From: Candidatus Bathyarchaeota archaeon
GTDB taxonomy: Archaea > Thermoproteota > Bathyarchaeia > TCS64
NCBI GenBank assembly: GCA_043826455.1
Contig: JBDRQD010000055.1
Location: 19,380-83,379 of the forward strand
Direction of reading: 5' to 3'
DNA length: 64,000 bases
The translations under genes and the position numbers were made by a program. This document shows, one piece after another, positions 9,912-20,058 of this stretch. The notes under the pieces were generated by a model. It made no database searches. It saw nothing but the letters and a program-made list of their open reading frames with translations, and was not told where the DNA came from. Numbering within the stretch: position 1 is the stretch's first letter; each line of letters begins with the position of its first letter.

Positions 9912-10853
9912 ATGCAGTTCGGAGTCTACATCCGGTCAGTCGTGACCTACGAGAATATGCTTGAGCTAGCCAGGGCCGCCGAGAGCCTCGGCTACTACGG
10001 CGTCTTCCTCAACGACCACGTCGAGGGGCTCTCAGGGGACAGGAAGGAGCCCTACCTGGAGGCCTGGACCGCCATGGCCGGCCTGGGTGTGCAGACTAGG
10101 AGGATACGCCTCGGCCACATAACCCTCTTCAACAGCCTCAGGAACCCGGCCTACCTGGCCAAGTCTGTGGCCACCCTGGACAACATGACGGGGGGCAGGT
10201 ACGAGCTCATCTTGGGTGCCGGCTGGAACGTGCCCGAGTACGAGGGCTACGACCTCATGGAGAGGGGCAGGGGCATGCCCTCGGCTGGTGAGCGGGTGGA
10301 GCGCCTGAGGGAGTCCGTGGAGATACTGGAGGGCATGCTCCACCACGAGGTCTTCAGCTACGAGGGCAAGTACTGGAGGCTCAAGGAGGCTGTCAATGTC
10401 CCTCAGCCGGTTCAGAGGTCTTTCAGGGTCAGCGTGGGGGCAAGGCAGCCCAGGTTAATCAGGATCACAGCCAAGTACGCTGACGGCATCAACGCCTCAG
10501 GCAACCTGAAGAACATACGAGAAATCCTGGGTCACTACTATCCAGCCCTTGAGGAGTACGGCAAGACCGTTGACGACGTGTTCATCAGCGGCTTCGCCCC
10601 CAGCGTCCAACTCATGAAAGACGACGCGGAGTACGAGGACACGTTGAGAAAGTGGGCTGAGAGGGGCACCGACCCGGAGGAGGCGCGGGCCAACGACTTC
10701 ATAGGCACCCCGGAGGTGCTCGTGGGGAAGTGGAGAAAGGCTATGGACATGGGCATGAAGATGAGCATCATCAACGTGCGCCCGGGGCAGACCCTTCAGG
10801 ACAACATAGAGATGCTGGCCCGGTTCAGGGACTCGGTAGCGACCCAGCTATAA
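9912..10853 (+). CDS. LLM-class flavin (possibly F420)-dependent oxidoreductase
   Basis: AESLGYYGVFLNDH, RNPAYLAKSVATLD, GRYELILGAGW, EGKYW. Confidence 0.9.
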   Translation: MQFGVYIRSVVTYENMLELARAAESLGYYGVFLNDHVEGLSGDRKEPYLEAWTAMAGLGVQTRRIRLGHITLFNSLRNPAYLAKSVATLDNMTGGRYELILGAGWNVPEYEGYDLMERGRGMPSAGERVERLRESVEILEGMLHHEVFSYEGKYWRLKEAVNVPQPVQRSFRVSVGARQPRLIRITAKYADGINASGNLKNIREILGHYYPALEEYGKTVDDVFISGFAPSVQLMKDDAEYEDTLRKWAERGTDPEEARANDFIGTPEVLVGKWRKAMDMGMKMSIINVRPGQTLQDNIEMLARFRDSVATQL

Positions 10854-10999
10854 AATCCACAATTTTACCTTTATAATGCTAACAGCGCCTAAAAAGAGTC
10901 GCCGGAACCTCTTTCACACCATTTAGTATAGCCCAACTAAGTGAAATCCTGTTCAGAGCTAGTATCATTTTTTAGGCAGGCACCTCTACATGTGCTGAG

Positions 11000-11479
11000 A
11001 TGGACTTAGAGTCACAGCTCCGAGAGTTCTTCGGAGAAGCCGAGAAACGGGTAGCACTGGTGGGTGTCGGCAACCCTCTCAGGGGAGACGATGGCGTCGG
11101 GGTGAAGATTATTGAGCTCCTCGAGGAGGCCGCCCTAGAGAACGTCATGCTGCTGAACACTGAGACTGTGCCAGAGGCTTTCACGGGGAAGGTGGCGGAG
11201 CACAAGCCCACCCACGTGCTGCTTCTGGACGCAGCAAACTTCCGTGGAGAGTTAGGCGACGTGAAGCTTATAGAGTCGTCGAAGATAGGTGGTCAGGCCA
11301 TATCCACCCACAGCCTGCCTCTTACCATATTCATAAGCTACATCGAGAAAATGATGGGCGCCAAGGTGCTGCTGCTTGGCGTACAGCCGAGGAACATCGA
11401 GTTCTTCACCGAGATGAGCCCAGAGGTAGAGAAGACGGCTGAGGATATAGCCGTCTTACTGACAAGAATACTTGGTTAA
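11000..11479 (+). CDS. hycI: Hydrogenase-3-type maturation endopeptidase
   Basis: GVGNPLRGDDGVG, ETVPE, LDAANF, STHSLPL; convergent with the group 4 hydrogenase operon. Confidence 0.9.
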   Translation: MDLESQLREFFGEAEKRVALVGVGNPLRGDDGVGVKIIELLEEAALENVMLLNTETVPEAFTGKVAEHKPTHVLLLDAANFRGELGDVKLIESSKIGGQAISTHSLPLTIFISYIEKMMGAKVLLLGVQPRNIEFFTEMSPEVEKTAEDIAVLLTRILG

Positions 11480-11490
11480 AGAAAGAGGGT

Positions 11491-11874
11491 TTAATCTTCC
11501 TTCTTGGCCGGCGCTGGGGGTGGGGGCGGCGTCCTGTCAAAGTTGAGGATGCCGTCCTCCTTCTTCAGGACCGCCAGCTCGTACGCTGTTGTGAGCCACA
11601 AGGCGTCCCTGGGACATATCTCCTCGCACTGCTGGCAGAAAAGGCACTTACCCAGGTCGACGGTGAGGCCCGTGCACTTGGGGCCGGGGCCCCCCTTCAG
11701 GGTTATGGCGAAGCTGGGGCATATCCTCACGCAGAGGGCGCAGCCTATGCACTTGTCTCCGTCGTACTCGTGCTTGCCACGTAGACCTTTCGGTGGCTCC
11801 AGCTTCTCGAAGGGGTATATGAGGGTCGCCGGCTTCTTGAACAGGCTTCTCAGTAGCTCTCTTTCCATGGCCAT
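11491..11874 (-). CDS. NuoI/MbhN-like 2x[4Fe-4S] subunit
   Basis: T.YPFEK, CIGCALCVRICP, CLFCQQCEEICP. Confidence 0.92.
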   Translation of the reverse strand: MAMERELLRSLFKKPATLIYPFEKLEPPKGLRGKHEYDGDKCIGCALCVRICPSFAITLKGGPGPKCTGLTVDLGKCLFCQQCEEICPRDALWLTTAYELAVLKKEDGILNFDRTPPPPPAPAKKED

Positions 11875-11875
11875 C

Positions 11876-12886
11876 TTAGATCACTCCCGATATGGCCACA
11901 ACGGCCATCACCTGTAGCACCGCCAGGGGCACCAGGTACCTCCACGCCCCTTGGACAAGCTGGTCTATCCTGAGCCTGGCGAAGAGGACGCTCAGGTTAC
12001 TGAGGATGAAGACGCAGAAGGTGGTTTTGAGAATGAACCAGACCACCGGGGGCAGTACTGGTCCCGCGGGTCCGCCCAGGAACAGGCTCGTCAGAAGGGC
12101 GGCCGCCAGCACCATCTTGATGTCACGCCCAGCGTTAAGGAGAGCCAGCTTCTTGCCGCTGTACTCCACCTGCCAGCCGTGGACGATCTCCGTCTCGGCC
12201 TCGCTCATGTCGAAAGGCTTCATCTCCAGTTCCGCTAGTAGGCAGACTGTGTAGATGACGAACCCTATGAAAAGGACCCCACCTGTAATTAGGCCCCAGA
12301 CATCGGGCGCGGCCAGGAAGGCGCCGAAGCTGGCCACCTGCCAGTCCACGATCTTGCTTATGCTGAGGCTCCGGGCCAGTATGGCGGGGCCTATGGCTAC
12401 CAATCCTAGGGGTATCTCGTATGCCAGCATCATGAAGGCCACCCTGGTGGCTCCCACGGCCCCGAAGAGGTTGCCGCTGCTCCACCCCGCCAGGAATATG
12501 GCGAGGACCGTGATGCTCATGAGGAACAGCACCATGATGAGGTCGCCCTCGAAGCTGGCCACAGCGTCCCAGGCCCAGAGGTTGGTGATGCTCTGGATGG
12601 GTATTAGGAAGGTGGCCGCCAGGGGTATAGCGAAGATGAAGAGCGGCGCGGCGTTAAACACTGGCTTGTTGGCCGCTGCGGGCGTGATGTCCTCCTTGAC
12701 CAGCAGCTTGATGAAGTCGGCCAGAGGCTGAAGAATGCCCTGCCACCCGGTGTGGAGGGGGCCCACCCGGTTCTGCAGTCGGGCAGCAACCTTTCTTTTC
12801 ACCCACTGGGCGTAGAGACTGTAAGTCAGTATGAAGGATAGTCCCGGGAACACCAGGACCGCTATCAGGGTTGTTATGAGGCTCAT
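11876..12886 (-). CDS. NuoH/MbhM-like membrane subunit
   Basis: RKVAARLQNRVGP, QPLADFIKLLVKE, PFDMSEAETEIV.GWQVEYSG, R.RIDQ. Confidence 0.93.
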   Translation of the reverse strand: MSLITTLIAVLVFPGLSFILTYSLYAQWVKRKVAARLQNRVGPLHTGWQGILQPLADFIKLLVKEDITPAAANKPVFNAAPLFIFAIPLAATFLIPIQSITNLWAWDAVASFEGDLIMVLFLMSITVLAIFLAGWSSGNLFGAVGATRVAFMMLAYEIPLGLVAIGPAILARSLSISKIVDWQVASFGAFLAAPDVWGLITGGVLFIGFVIYTVCLLAELEMKPFDMSEAETEIVHGWQVEYSGKKLALLNAGRDIKMVLAAALLTSLFLGGPAGPVLPPVVWFILKTTFCVFILSNLSVLFARLRIDQLVQGAWRYLVPLAVLQVMAVVAISGVI

Positions 12887-14064
12887 TTCTTGTACCACTC
12901 CAACCCGTATCTGCGGAGCTGCTCCTCGTCCCAGACCCAGGTTTTATCCTTGCCCTCGTCGTAGAATACCATCCTGTCGGTGCAGCTGAAGCAGGGATCG
13001 ATCCCCGCCAGCGTGATGGGTATATCCGCTATGTACCCACCCTTCAGGCGCTCGACGAGGCTGGGGATGTTACCCAGGGTCGGGGCCCTGATCTTGTGCC
13101 TGTAAGGCATGTTCCTGCCGTCGCTGATGGTGTAGTGGATGAGCTCGCCCCGCTGGGCCTCCACTATATAGACAGCCTCTCCCTCAGGCAGCTTCTGCAT
13201 TGGGTTGAACTTGACGGCGATCTCTCCTTCCGGTATGTTGTCTAGGACCCACTTGCATATCTTCACAGCCTCCAGTGTCTCCAGGACCCTGACCAGGACC
13301 TGGCCCAGGACGTCGCCGTTGTCCACGTAGATGTGCTCGAAGGGTATCTCGTCGTAGAGCAGATAGGGCGCCGTCTTCCTGGTGTCGCATGGGACGCCGC
13401 TGCTTCTGGCGTTGGGGCCGCAGCCGCTGAGCCTTATCATGTCCTCCTTGCCCAGGTACCCAACGCCCACCGCACGATCCAGTATCGTCTGCTCGGTGGA
13501 TGCGACCTTGATGTAGTAGTTGGTTCTCTCAGCCAAGGCGTCTAGGACCTTGTGCCACCTGGGGAAGTTATCCTTGCTGATGTCACGTCGGACGCCGCCG
13601 ACCGTGGGTATGGCGTAGTTGACCCTATTACCGCTGATCTCCTCCAGGAGATCCATGACAAGCTCGCGGTCACGCCACACGTAGTAGAACATGGTGTCGA
13701 ATCCTATCTCGTGGGCGGCTACCCCCACCCACAGGAGGTGGCTGTGGATGCGCTCAAGCTCGTGGAAGAAAACGCGGATGTACTTGGCGCGCTCAGGTAT
13801 CTCGATGCCTCCCACCTCCTCCACGGCCCCCGTGTAGGCGGTCTGGTGGGCGTTACTGCAGATACCGCAGACGCGCTCAGTTATGTAGAGGTTTTGGATG
13901 TAGTTGCGGGCCTCCATGGCCTTCTCGATGCCCCTGTGGTTGTACCCGATGCGGGGCTCCACGTCCACCACGGTTTCGCCGTCCACGGTGAAGTAGAAGC
14001 TCTCAGGCTCCTTGAGGGCGGGGTGCTGTGGCCCTATAGGTATAACGAACTGTCTGTCACTCAA
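12883..14064 (-). CDS. Group 4 [NiFe]-hydrogenase large subunit (NuoD/MbhL/EchE-like)
   Basis: GPQHP, HRGIEK, ERVCGICSNAH (L1), DPCFSCTDR (L2) plus C-terminal extension; TTG start at 14064 inferred. Confidence 0.93.
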   Translation of the reverse strand: MSDRQFVIPIGPQHPALKEPESFYFTVDGETVVDVEPRIGYNHRGIEKAMEARNYIQNLYITERVCGICSNAHQTAYTGAVEEVGGIEIPERAKYIRVFFHELERIHSHLLWVGVAAHEIGFDTMFYYVWRDRELVMDLLEEISGNRVNYAIPTVGGVRRDISKDNFPRWHKVLDALAERTNYYIKVASTEQTILDRAVGVGYLGKEDMIRLSGCGPNARSSGVPCDTRKTAPYLLYDEIPFEHIYVDNGDVLGQVLVRVLETLEAVKICKWVLDNIPEGEIAVKFNPMQKLPEGEAVYIVEAQRGELIHYTISDGRNMPYRHKIRAPTLGNIPSLVERLKGGYIADIPITLAGIDPCFSCTDRMVFYDEGKDKTWVWDEEQLRRYGLEWYKK

Positions 14065-14557
14065 CGTCTTTCCCCCACTTTTTTCCGTCCACCTTCTCAC
14101 GGAGTGTCTGGATGTCCCACTCCTTGCGCAGGGGGTGAACTCCCTCGGGCCAATCATAATCCAGTATCAACCTCTTTGGGTCTGGGTGCCCCTCGGGGAA
14201 CACTCCCAGGAGGTCATTGACCTCCCTTTCGTAGAGGACAGCCCCGTTAAGTATGTCCGTTATGCTGGGGACCTTGGGGTCGTCCTTGGGCACCGATACC
14301 TTAAGGTTCATGTTGAAGCCCTCGCTACGCAGGTGGTACACCACCTCGTACCTGTCCTTCATGTCCACGCCCGATATGGTGACGACATGGACGAAGCCGT
14401 GCTTCTCCTTAAGATACTTGACCACGTCCCTGAACACCTCCCGTTTGACGGTGGCGAAGGCCCTGTACAGCCGCGGAACCTTGGTGTCGGATACGTTTTC
14501 CTCGCCGAACTTTTTCACCAGGTCCTGCACGACTTTTGATTGTTCTTTAATGCTCAT
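14057..14557 (-). CDS. NuoC/MbhK-like subunit
   Basis: ISGVD, YEVVYHL, PSIT...AVLYERE..DLLGV.PEGHP..RLIL...P...HPLRK. Confidence 0.92.
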   Translation of the reverse strand: MSIKEQSKVVQDLVKKFGEENVSDTKVPRLYRAFATVKREVFRDVVKYLKEKHGFVHVVTISGVDMKDRYEVVYHLRSEGFNMNLKVSVPKDDPKVPSITDILNGAVLYEREVNDLLGVFPEGHPDPKRLILDYDWPEGVHPLRKEWDIQTLREKVDGKKWGKDVE

Positions 14558-14569
14558 TCACTTTTCACC

Positions 14570-14989
14570 TCAGTACCCCGCGCTCACCAGGAGCTTCACG
14601 ACGCCGTCCAGGATGGCCTCCGGCTTCGGCGGGCACCCTGGAACGAAGGCGTTCACCGGTATCACCTTGTCCACACCCTCCATGACGTTATAGCAGTCCT
14701 GGAAGACGCCGCCACTGATGGCACAGGATCCTACGGCTACCACGAACTTGGGCACGGGCATCTGCTCATAGATTCTTTTAAGCCTGTCCCTAACTTTCCT
14801 GGGGACTGAGCCGGACACCACCATCACATCCGCGTGCCGAGGTGTGCCCTTAAGAACGCCTCCGAACCTCTCCACGTCGAACCTGGGCATCAAGGCGGCC
14901 AACACCTCGATGTCGCAGGCGTTGCACGCGCCGGCGTTGAAGTGGATAAGCCAAGGTGAACGTGTTCTCGCCCATGCAAGTATGCTCAC
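14570..14989 (-). CDS. Group 4 hydrogenase small subunit (NuoB/MbhJ-like)
   Basis: GACNACDIE, PRHAD, GSCA.SGG, PGCPPKPE. Confidence 0.93.
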   Translation of the reverse strand: MSILAWARTRSPWLIHFNAGACNACDIEVLAALMPRFDVERFGGVLKGTPRHADVMVVSGSVPRKVRDRLKRIYEQMPVPKFVVAVGSCAISGGVFQDCYNVMEGVDKVIPVNAFVPGCPPKPEAILDGVVKLLVSAGY

Positions 14990-14990
14990 T

Positions 14991-15344
14991 TTACAGCCTC
15001 CACTTGGCGTTGAGTATCACTATGGAGATGAGGCTGGCACCGGCGTAGAATAGGGGCAGGAGAATGTTCACTGGGTTGGCGAAGGCGGTGACGAGCACGA
15101 AACCCAACACGTCGAATATCATGAAGTACACCGCATAGATGAAAAAGTTCTCAGTGTTAACCCTAACCTTTGTCGGTTGCACAGGTTCTCCACAAGCATA
15201 TGGGGCCAGCTTTCCTTCGGTGTCGGGGCTCTTGGGCGCGTAGTCGTTACCAAGAGCGATTATGATCAGCGCGACTACTAAGGAAAGTCCCATAATTAAA
15301 GTAAATCCACTAAGACCTGCTAGCAAACTTTGGTCCCTCAACAT
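14991..15344 (-). CDS. NuoA-like subunit
   Basis: K.APYACGE, YFMIFDV, three TM segments. Confidence 0.85.
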   Translation of the reverse strand: MLRDQSLLAGLSGFTLIMGLSLVVALIIIALGNDYAPKSPDTEGKLAPYACGEPVQPTKVRVNTENFFIYAVYFMIFDVLGFVLVTAFANPVNILLPLFYAGASLISIVILNAKWRL

Positions 15345-15569
15345 AGCGTTTTATTGGTGCATATAAAGATTTACGACAGATAAGATTATTCCCCTAATTT
15401 GGTACAGGTGGATATTCGGGGGTCCGTTTCATAGTATATTTTATTATTTTTGACCCTTTTAGTTGTCTTTCATTTATTAATGGAATCCCCGTTTTTAGGC
15501 GTATCAGCAGCGAAATTTTTATAGTGATAAAGATGATAGGTTAGCAATTCAAGATTAGGGGAGTTGTAA
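15345..15569. promoter_or_regulatory. AT-rich divergent promoter region between the hydrogenase module and the antiporter module
   Basis: TATA-like boxes on both strands (ATATAAAG ~15361; TTTTTATA ~15516) between divergent operons. Confidence 0.6.
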
Positions 15570-15815
15570 GTGGCGTCAGAAGTAGTTCAAATTATACTCA
15601 TTGCCGCAACCCTAGTCTTCGCTTTCATGGCCGCTGGACTCAAGGACCTACTGTACGCCGCCCTTAGCCTGGGCGGGATGGCCATCTGCCTGGGGGGCCT
15701 CTTCTGGACCCTCAACGCGCCGTACGTAGCCTTGTTCCAGATGCTCATCTATGGCGGAGCTGTGGTTGTCCTCTTCGTCTCCGTGATAATGTTCGTGAGG
15801 AGTGGCGAAGGATGA
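15570..15815 (+). CDS. NuoJ N-terminal / MbhD-like membrane subunit
   Basis: L.APYVALFQMLIYGGAVVVLF; three TMs. Confidence 0.8.
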   Translation: MASEVVQIILIAATLVFAFMAAGLKDLLYAALSLGGMAICLGGLFWTLNAPYVALFQMLIYGGAVVVLFVSVIMFVRSGEG

Positions 15816-16084
15816 GTGAGAGTAAGATCAGCCTCTACGCAGGCATCGTAGTAAGCGTACTCATCTTCGGGTCCCTCGTCCTGATCCTGGTCAACGAGCC
15901 GTTCCCCAGCTCCAAGCTGGTGCATAGCGAGATGATCCCGACTCAGCCAGGTTCACAGATCGGAGGCGCGATGAGTGGGTTCCTCTGGGACTTCAGAGGA
16001 ATGGATCTGGTGTTCCAGACACTAATCCTATTCACGACAGCCATCTGCTGTCTAGCAATGCTGAGAGAGGAGATACGGAAATAA
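15812..16084 (+). CDS. NuoJ C-terminal / MbhE (MrpA-C/MrpB)-like subunit
   Basis: LWDFRGMDLVFQTLILF resembles the DxRGxDT motif. Confidence 0.7.
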   Translation: MSESKISLYAGIVVSVLIFGSLVLILVNEPFPSSKLVHSEMIPTQPGSQIGGAMSGFLWDFRGMDLVFQTLILFTTAICCLAMLREEIRK

Positions 16085-16085
16085 G

Positions 16086-16397
16086 ATGAATGCAGTGGTT
16101 TGGCTCGGCTCGGCTTTCGCGTTGTTCGCCATAGGACTCTATTGTGTGTCCAAGCGAAACATGATACGCATCCTTCTAGGAATAGAGATAATTCTCAACT
16201 CCGGAAACCTGGCGTTCATATATTTCGCGTCAAATTATCCCGGCCTAGGCGTCGTGGACCCCCTCGGCCAGTCAGTGGTCTTCATGTCCATAGTGATCGG
16301 TGGGGCAGTGATGGCCATCGGCTTAGTTCTCATAGTCAACGCCTACAAGCAGTTCAAGACAACCGACTCCCAAGAGCTTAGGAGGTTGAAGTGGTGA
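16086..16397 (+). CDS. NuoK/MrpC/MbhG-like subunit
   Basis: RNMIRILLGIEIILNS, DPLGQ, ELRRLKW. Confidence 0.88.
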   Translation: MNAVVWLGSAFALFAIGLYCVSKRNMIRILLGIEIILNSGNLAFIYFASNYPGLGVVDPLGQSVVFMSIVIGGAVMAIGLVLIVNAYKQFKTTDSQELRRLKW

Positions 16398-17878
16398 TAC
16401 CCACAGCCCTCTACTACCTTTTCGCGCCTCTGCTGGTCGTCCTTGTGGGCGTAATGGCGGAGAGAATGGGCTCCCCCAAGCTACGGGACGGCTTTTCCAT
16501 ACTTGCGAGTATCTGGGGGATTGTCTCCGTCTGGATGCTTTTCAACATGCTCCAGGCTTCCCCTGACAAGATCCTGGTAATCACCATCGGCGGGAACCCG
16601 CCTCTGGCAGCGTGCCTGGAGATCGATGCACTAAGCATCTACGTGGCCTTCAGCGCCGCCCTTCTGGGGTTCTTCGCCAACGTATACAGTTATAGCTACA
16701 TGGACCACGATACGCGGCTGACTGAGTACTACACGCTGCTCCACGCTCTCGTAGTGGGAATCATTGGAGTGGCTCTCGCAGGCGACCTGTTTACAATGTT
16801 CATCTTCTGGGAGACCATGGGGATATCAAGCTACGCTCTGGTCGCCTTCAGGAAGGACACCCCTGGGCCCATCGAGGCGGGCTTCAAGTACATGATAATG
16901 GGCAGCGTCGGCAGCACGATCCTGTTCTTCGGGGCAGCCCTGCTCTACGGGATGACGGGTACACTGAACCTGGCTCAGATGAGCTCAGTGATCCGGGGGC
17001 AGGCTATAAACCCCTGGCTGTACCTGGTCTTCGCCATGCTGATCGTCGGGTTCGGCGTAAAATCCGCCATTGTACCCATGCACACATGGCTCCCCGACGC
17101 CCACCCAGAGGCGCCCAGCCCCATCAGCGCCATGCTGTCAGGGATAGTCATCGAGACCGGCCTCTACGCCATGGTCAGGGTGCTCTTCCTGCTCTTCGAG
17201 CCAAGCTTCTTCACAATGCCCATGATGATCCTAGCCATCATAACCATGAGCCTGGGGAACATCATGGCCCTGCTTCAGACCGACCTTAAGCGTCTGCTGG
17301 CCTACTCCAGCATCGCCCAGATCGGGTACATGCTGATAGGCGTCTCAACGGGTCTGAGCTATGGCCTCCTCGGGACGTTCATGCACGTGTTTAACCACTC
17401 CTTGATGAAGGGGATCGCTTTCCTCGCCGCGGGCAACATTGTGCATGAGACAGGGACCCGTGACATCAACGAGATGCAGGGCGTAGGAAGAATGATGCCA
17501 TTAACCACCTTGGCCATCACCGTAGCTTTCCTGGGCCTAGGCGGCGTACCCGGAACCAGCGGCTTCATCAGCAAGTTCATACTGTTCAACGCCTCGCTGG
17601 GCGCCGGCCTCCCAATACTGGCGATTGTCGGCGTCCTCAACAGCACGCTGAGCATGGCATACTACCTGAGAGTAATCATGACCCTCCTCAGCGGCAAGAT
17701 GCCGGAAGGTAAGGTAGTAAAAGAGGCCCCGCTCATGATGGTGGGAGTCACATTAGTCATGTCAATACTCGTTATCGCCTTCGGGCTTTACCCTAGCCCC
17801 ATAATGGGCATCTCAACCGATGCCTCTGAGGCCCTGATTAAGGGCCTCGTCAACTACATAGGAGCTGTTCTAAGATGA
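16391..17878 (+). CDS. Antiporter-like subunit 1 (NuoN/MrpD/MbhH-like)
   Basis: FWE, EAGFKY, VKSAIVPMHTWLPDAH, KRLLAYSS, GFISKF. Confidence 0.9.
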   Translation: MVIPTALYYLFAPLLVVLVGVMAERMGSPKLRDGFSILASIWGIVSVWMLFNMLQASPDKILVITIGGNPPLAACLEIDALSIYVAFSAALLGFFANVYSYSYMDHDTRLTEYYTLLHALVVGIIGVALAGDLFTMFIFWETMGISSYALVAFRKDTPGPIEAGFKYMIMGSVGSTILFFGAALLYGMTGTLNLAQMSSVIRGQAINPWLYLVFAMLIVGFGVKSAIVPMHTWLPDAHPEAPSPISAMLSGIVIETGLYAMVRVLFLLFEPSFFTMPMMILAIITMSLGNIMALLQTDLKRLLAYSSIAQIGYMLIGVSTGLSYGLLGTFMHVFNHSLMKGIAFLAAGNIVHETGTRDINEMQGVGRMMPLTTLAITVAFLGLGGVPGTSGFISKFILFNASLGAGLPILAIVGVLNSTLSMAYYLRVIMTLLSGKMPEGKVVKEAPLMMVGVTLVMSILVIAFGLYPSPIMGISTDASEALIKGLVNYIGAVLR

Positions 17879-20058
17879 GTGCACTAGAGACATTCCTGGA
17901 GTACCCTGGGCCGTTCCTCACGTGGATGCTCCCGATCATTGGCGCCATAATGATGCCCATCCTTGGGAAGATAAACCACAAGCTGAGAGACTACGGAGCA
18001 GTCCTGTTCGCGTTCTCTGCTGTGCTAGCCGCGGGAACCATGATACCTTACCTGTTCAATGGTCACCCGCCCGGGGACATCAAGCTCTTAACCTGGTTAA
18101 CTCTGCCCAACGGCACCCCACTGGAGTTCGGAGTACTAGTTGACCCCCTCAGCATAATTATATGTAACGTTGTGGCTCCCATCAGCTTCCTCATCGTGGT
18201 CTACTCCACGTCGTACATGCACGGGGACCCCGGCCTTGACAGGTACTGGTTCCTGTTCCTGTACTTCATCGGGAACATGCTGCTGCTGGTCCTAGCCAAC
18301 AACCTCATAATGACCCTGATAGGCTGGGAGGGCGTAGGTATATGCAGCTACGGCCTCATCGGCTACTACTACAGGGACCCGGAGAAAAGATGGTTGGGCG
18401 GTCCGCCCCCCACCAAGATGTTCCCCCCCAGCCACGCCGGCATGAAGGCCTTCGTGGTCACAGGCGTCGGGGACGTGCTGCTCCTGGCAGGTATCTTCAT
18501 AGTGTACCAGTACGCTGGAACCTTCAACTACGTGGAGCTCATCCACCACTCCCAGGAGTGGCTAGCGCACATGGCCCACGTTCCTGGGCTCGTGGCGTTG
18601 ATGGGTGTTCTTCTACTGGGGGGCCCCATAGGCAAGTCTGCCCAGTTCCCACTGCACGAGTGGCTTCCTGAGGCGATGGCGGGCCCCACAAGCGTATCGG
18701 CTCTCATCCACGCCGCCACCATGGTCAAGGCGGGCGTGTACCTGGTAGCCAGGCTGAGCCCCATCTTCTACATAGGAACATGGACCCTTCACCTTCCCGA
18801 GGCGCAGGTGTACTTCATCGCCATAGCCATAGTGGGCGCCTTCACCTGCTTCCTGGCGGCCAGTCAAGCCCTAGTGGCGTTAGAGCTCAAGAAGATACTG
18901 GCCTACTCGACTGTAAGCCAGATCGGTTACATGATGATGGGCATAGGGCTGGGCGGGTTCTCCGAGGAGGCCTACATTGTCGGGCTGACCGCTGGGGTGT
19001 ACCACCTGGCCAGCCACGCGTTGTTCAAGGCTGCGCTGTTCCTGGGCGCAGGGTCAGTGATCCACGCGGTCGAGAGCATCTACACCTTCGACATGGGTGG
19101 GCTGAAGAAGCACATGCCCAAGACCTACTGGCTCATGGTGTTAGCCACCTTAAGCCTATCAGGTATCCCGGTGTTCAGCGGGTTCTGGAGCAAGGACGCC
19201 GTATTCATCTCCGCCCTGGTGGCGGGGACACCCCTGGCCTACGCGTTGCTGGCGGTGGGCGTCCTCTGCGCGGCCATGACCTTCGCTTACAGCATCAGGT
19301 TCATTAGCAGGGTCTTCAGGCACGATGAGAGCAAGTTCATCAAGGACCTGGAGCACCACGGACACCACGTCCACGAGGCCCCCACAGTCATGTGGGCGCC
19401 CATAGCGATACTGGTGGCCCTGTTCTGCACAGTAGGTCTGCTGGGCTTCGCGGGCCTGTTCAACCAGGGGTTGAACCCCGAGATATTCATCGAGGAGCAG
19501 ATGCACCACATGGCCGAGTATATCCTGCCTCACGAAGTAGCGGCACACCTCCACGTGCCCCATATCAGTAGCTCAATCAAGCTCGTGGGCGTGGGGCTGA
19601 GCGCGGTCGCACTAGCCATCGGCGGGTACCTGGGCTACAACTTCTACTGGACCCGCAAATGGGACTCCTGGGCCTGGGTGCAGGCAAGCCGAATGCGAAC
19701 CATCACCCACAGCTTCCTCTGGAACAGGTGGTACATGAACCCGGTATACTACAGGGTCTTCGTGGACGGCACACTCGCCCTGAAACAGGTACTATACGAC
19801 AGCTTCGAGGCAAAGGTACTCATCCCTCTCAGCGACTTCGTGGCCAAGACATCTCAGACAGTCAGCGACGTCATGTACGCCGTCGTAGAGGAGAGAACCA
19901 TCTTCGGGATCATAAACACCGGGGTGCCCTCAACCGTTGTCAAGGTGTACAACCGGGTCAAGAAGACGCAGACAGGTCTACTAGGCATAAACATAATCTA
20001 CGTGATGGCCCTGCTCCTGTTGCTAATAATAGGAATGATGATCATGGGAGGTCTGTAA
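17875..20058 (+). CDS. nuoL: Antiporter-like subunit 2 (NuoL/MrpA-like) with extended amphipathic helix
   Basis: GWEGVG, GKSAQFPLHEWLPEAMAGPTSVSALIHAATMV, GFWSKD, C-terminal QTG followed by a TM anchor. Confidence 0.92.
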   Translation: MSALETFLEYPGPFLTWMLPIIGAIMMPILGKINHKLRDYGAVLFAFSAVLAAGTMIPYLFNGHPPGDIKLLTWLTLPNGTPLEFGVLVDPLSIIICNVVAPISFLIVVYSTSYMHGDPGLDRYWFLFLYFIGNMLLLVLANNLIMTLIGWEGVGICSYGLIGYYYRDPEKRWLGGPPPTKMFPPSHAGMKAFVVTGVGDVLLLAGIFIVYQYAGTFNYVELIHHSQEWLAHMAHVPGLVALMGVLLLGGPIGKSAQFPLHEWLPEAMAGPTSVSALIHAATMVKAGVYLVARLSPIFYIGTWTLHLPEAQVYFIAIAIVGAFTCFLAASQALVALELKKILAYSTVSQIGYMMMGIGLGGFSEEAYIVGLTAGVYHLASHALFKAALFLGAGSVIHAVESIYTFDMGGLKKHMPKTYWLMVLATLSLSGIPVFSGFWSKDAVFISALVAGTPLAYALLAVGVLCAAMTFAYSIRFISRVFRHDESKFIKDLEHHGHHVHEAPTVMWAPIAILVALFCTVGLLGFAGLFNQGLNPEIFIEEQMHHMAEYILPHEVAAHLHVPHISSSIKLVGVGLSAVALAIGGYLGYNFYWTRKWDSWAWVQASRMRTITHSFLWNRWYMNPVYYRVFVDGTLALKQVLYDSFEAKVLIPLSDFVAKTSQTVSDVMYAVVEERTIFGIINTGVPSTVVKVYNRVKKTQTGLLGINIIYVMALLLLLIIGMMIMGGL

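Noticed and set aside
9660..10883. ATAATGCCAA / ATAATGCTAA flanking the LLM gene as a possible insertion scar
   Set aside because: Only 9 of 10 bp in AT-rich context, and the LLM gene has host-like codon usage
11491..15344. Annotation as NADH:quinone oxidoreductase or Fpo
   Set aside because: The large subunit keeps both Ni-binding CxxC motifs and a cleavable tail with an adjacent HycI; no NuoEFG/FpoF
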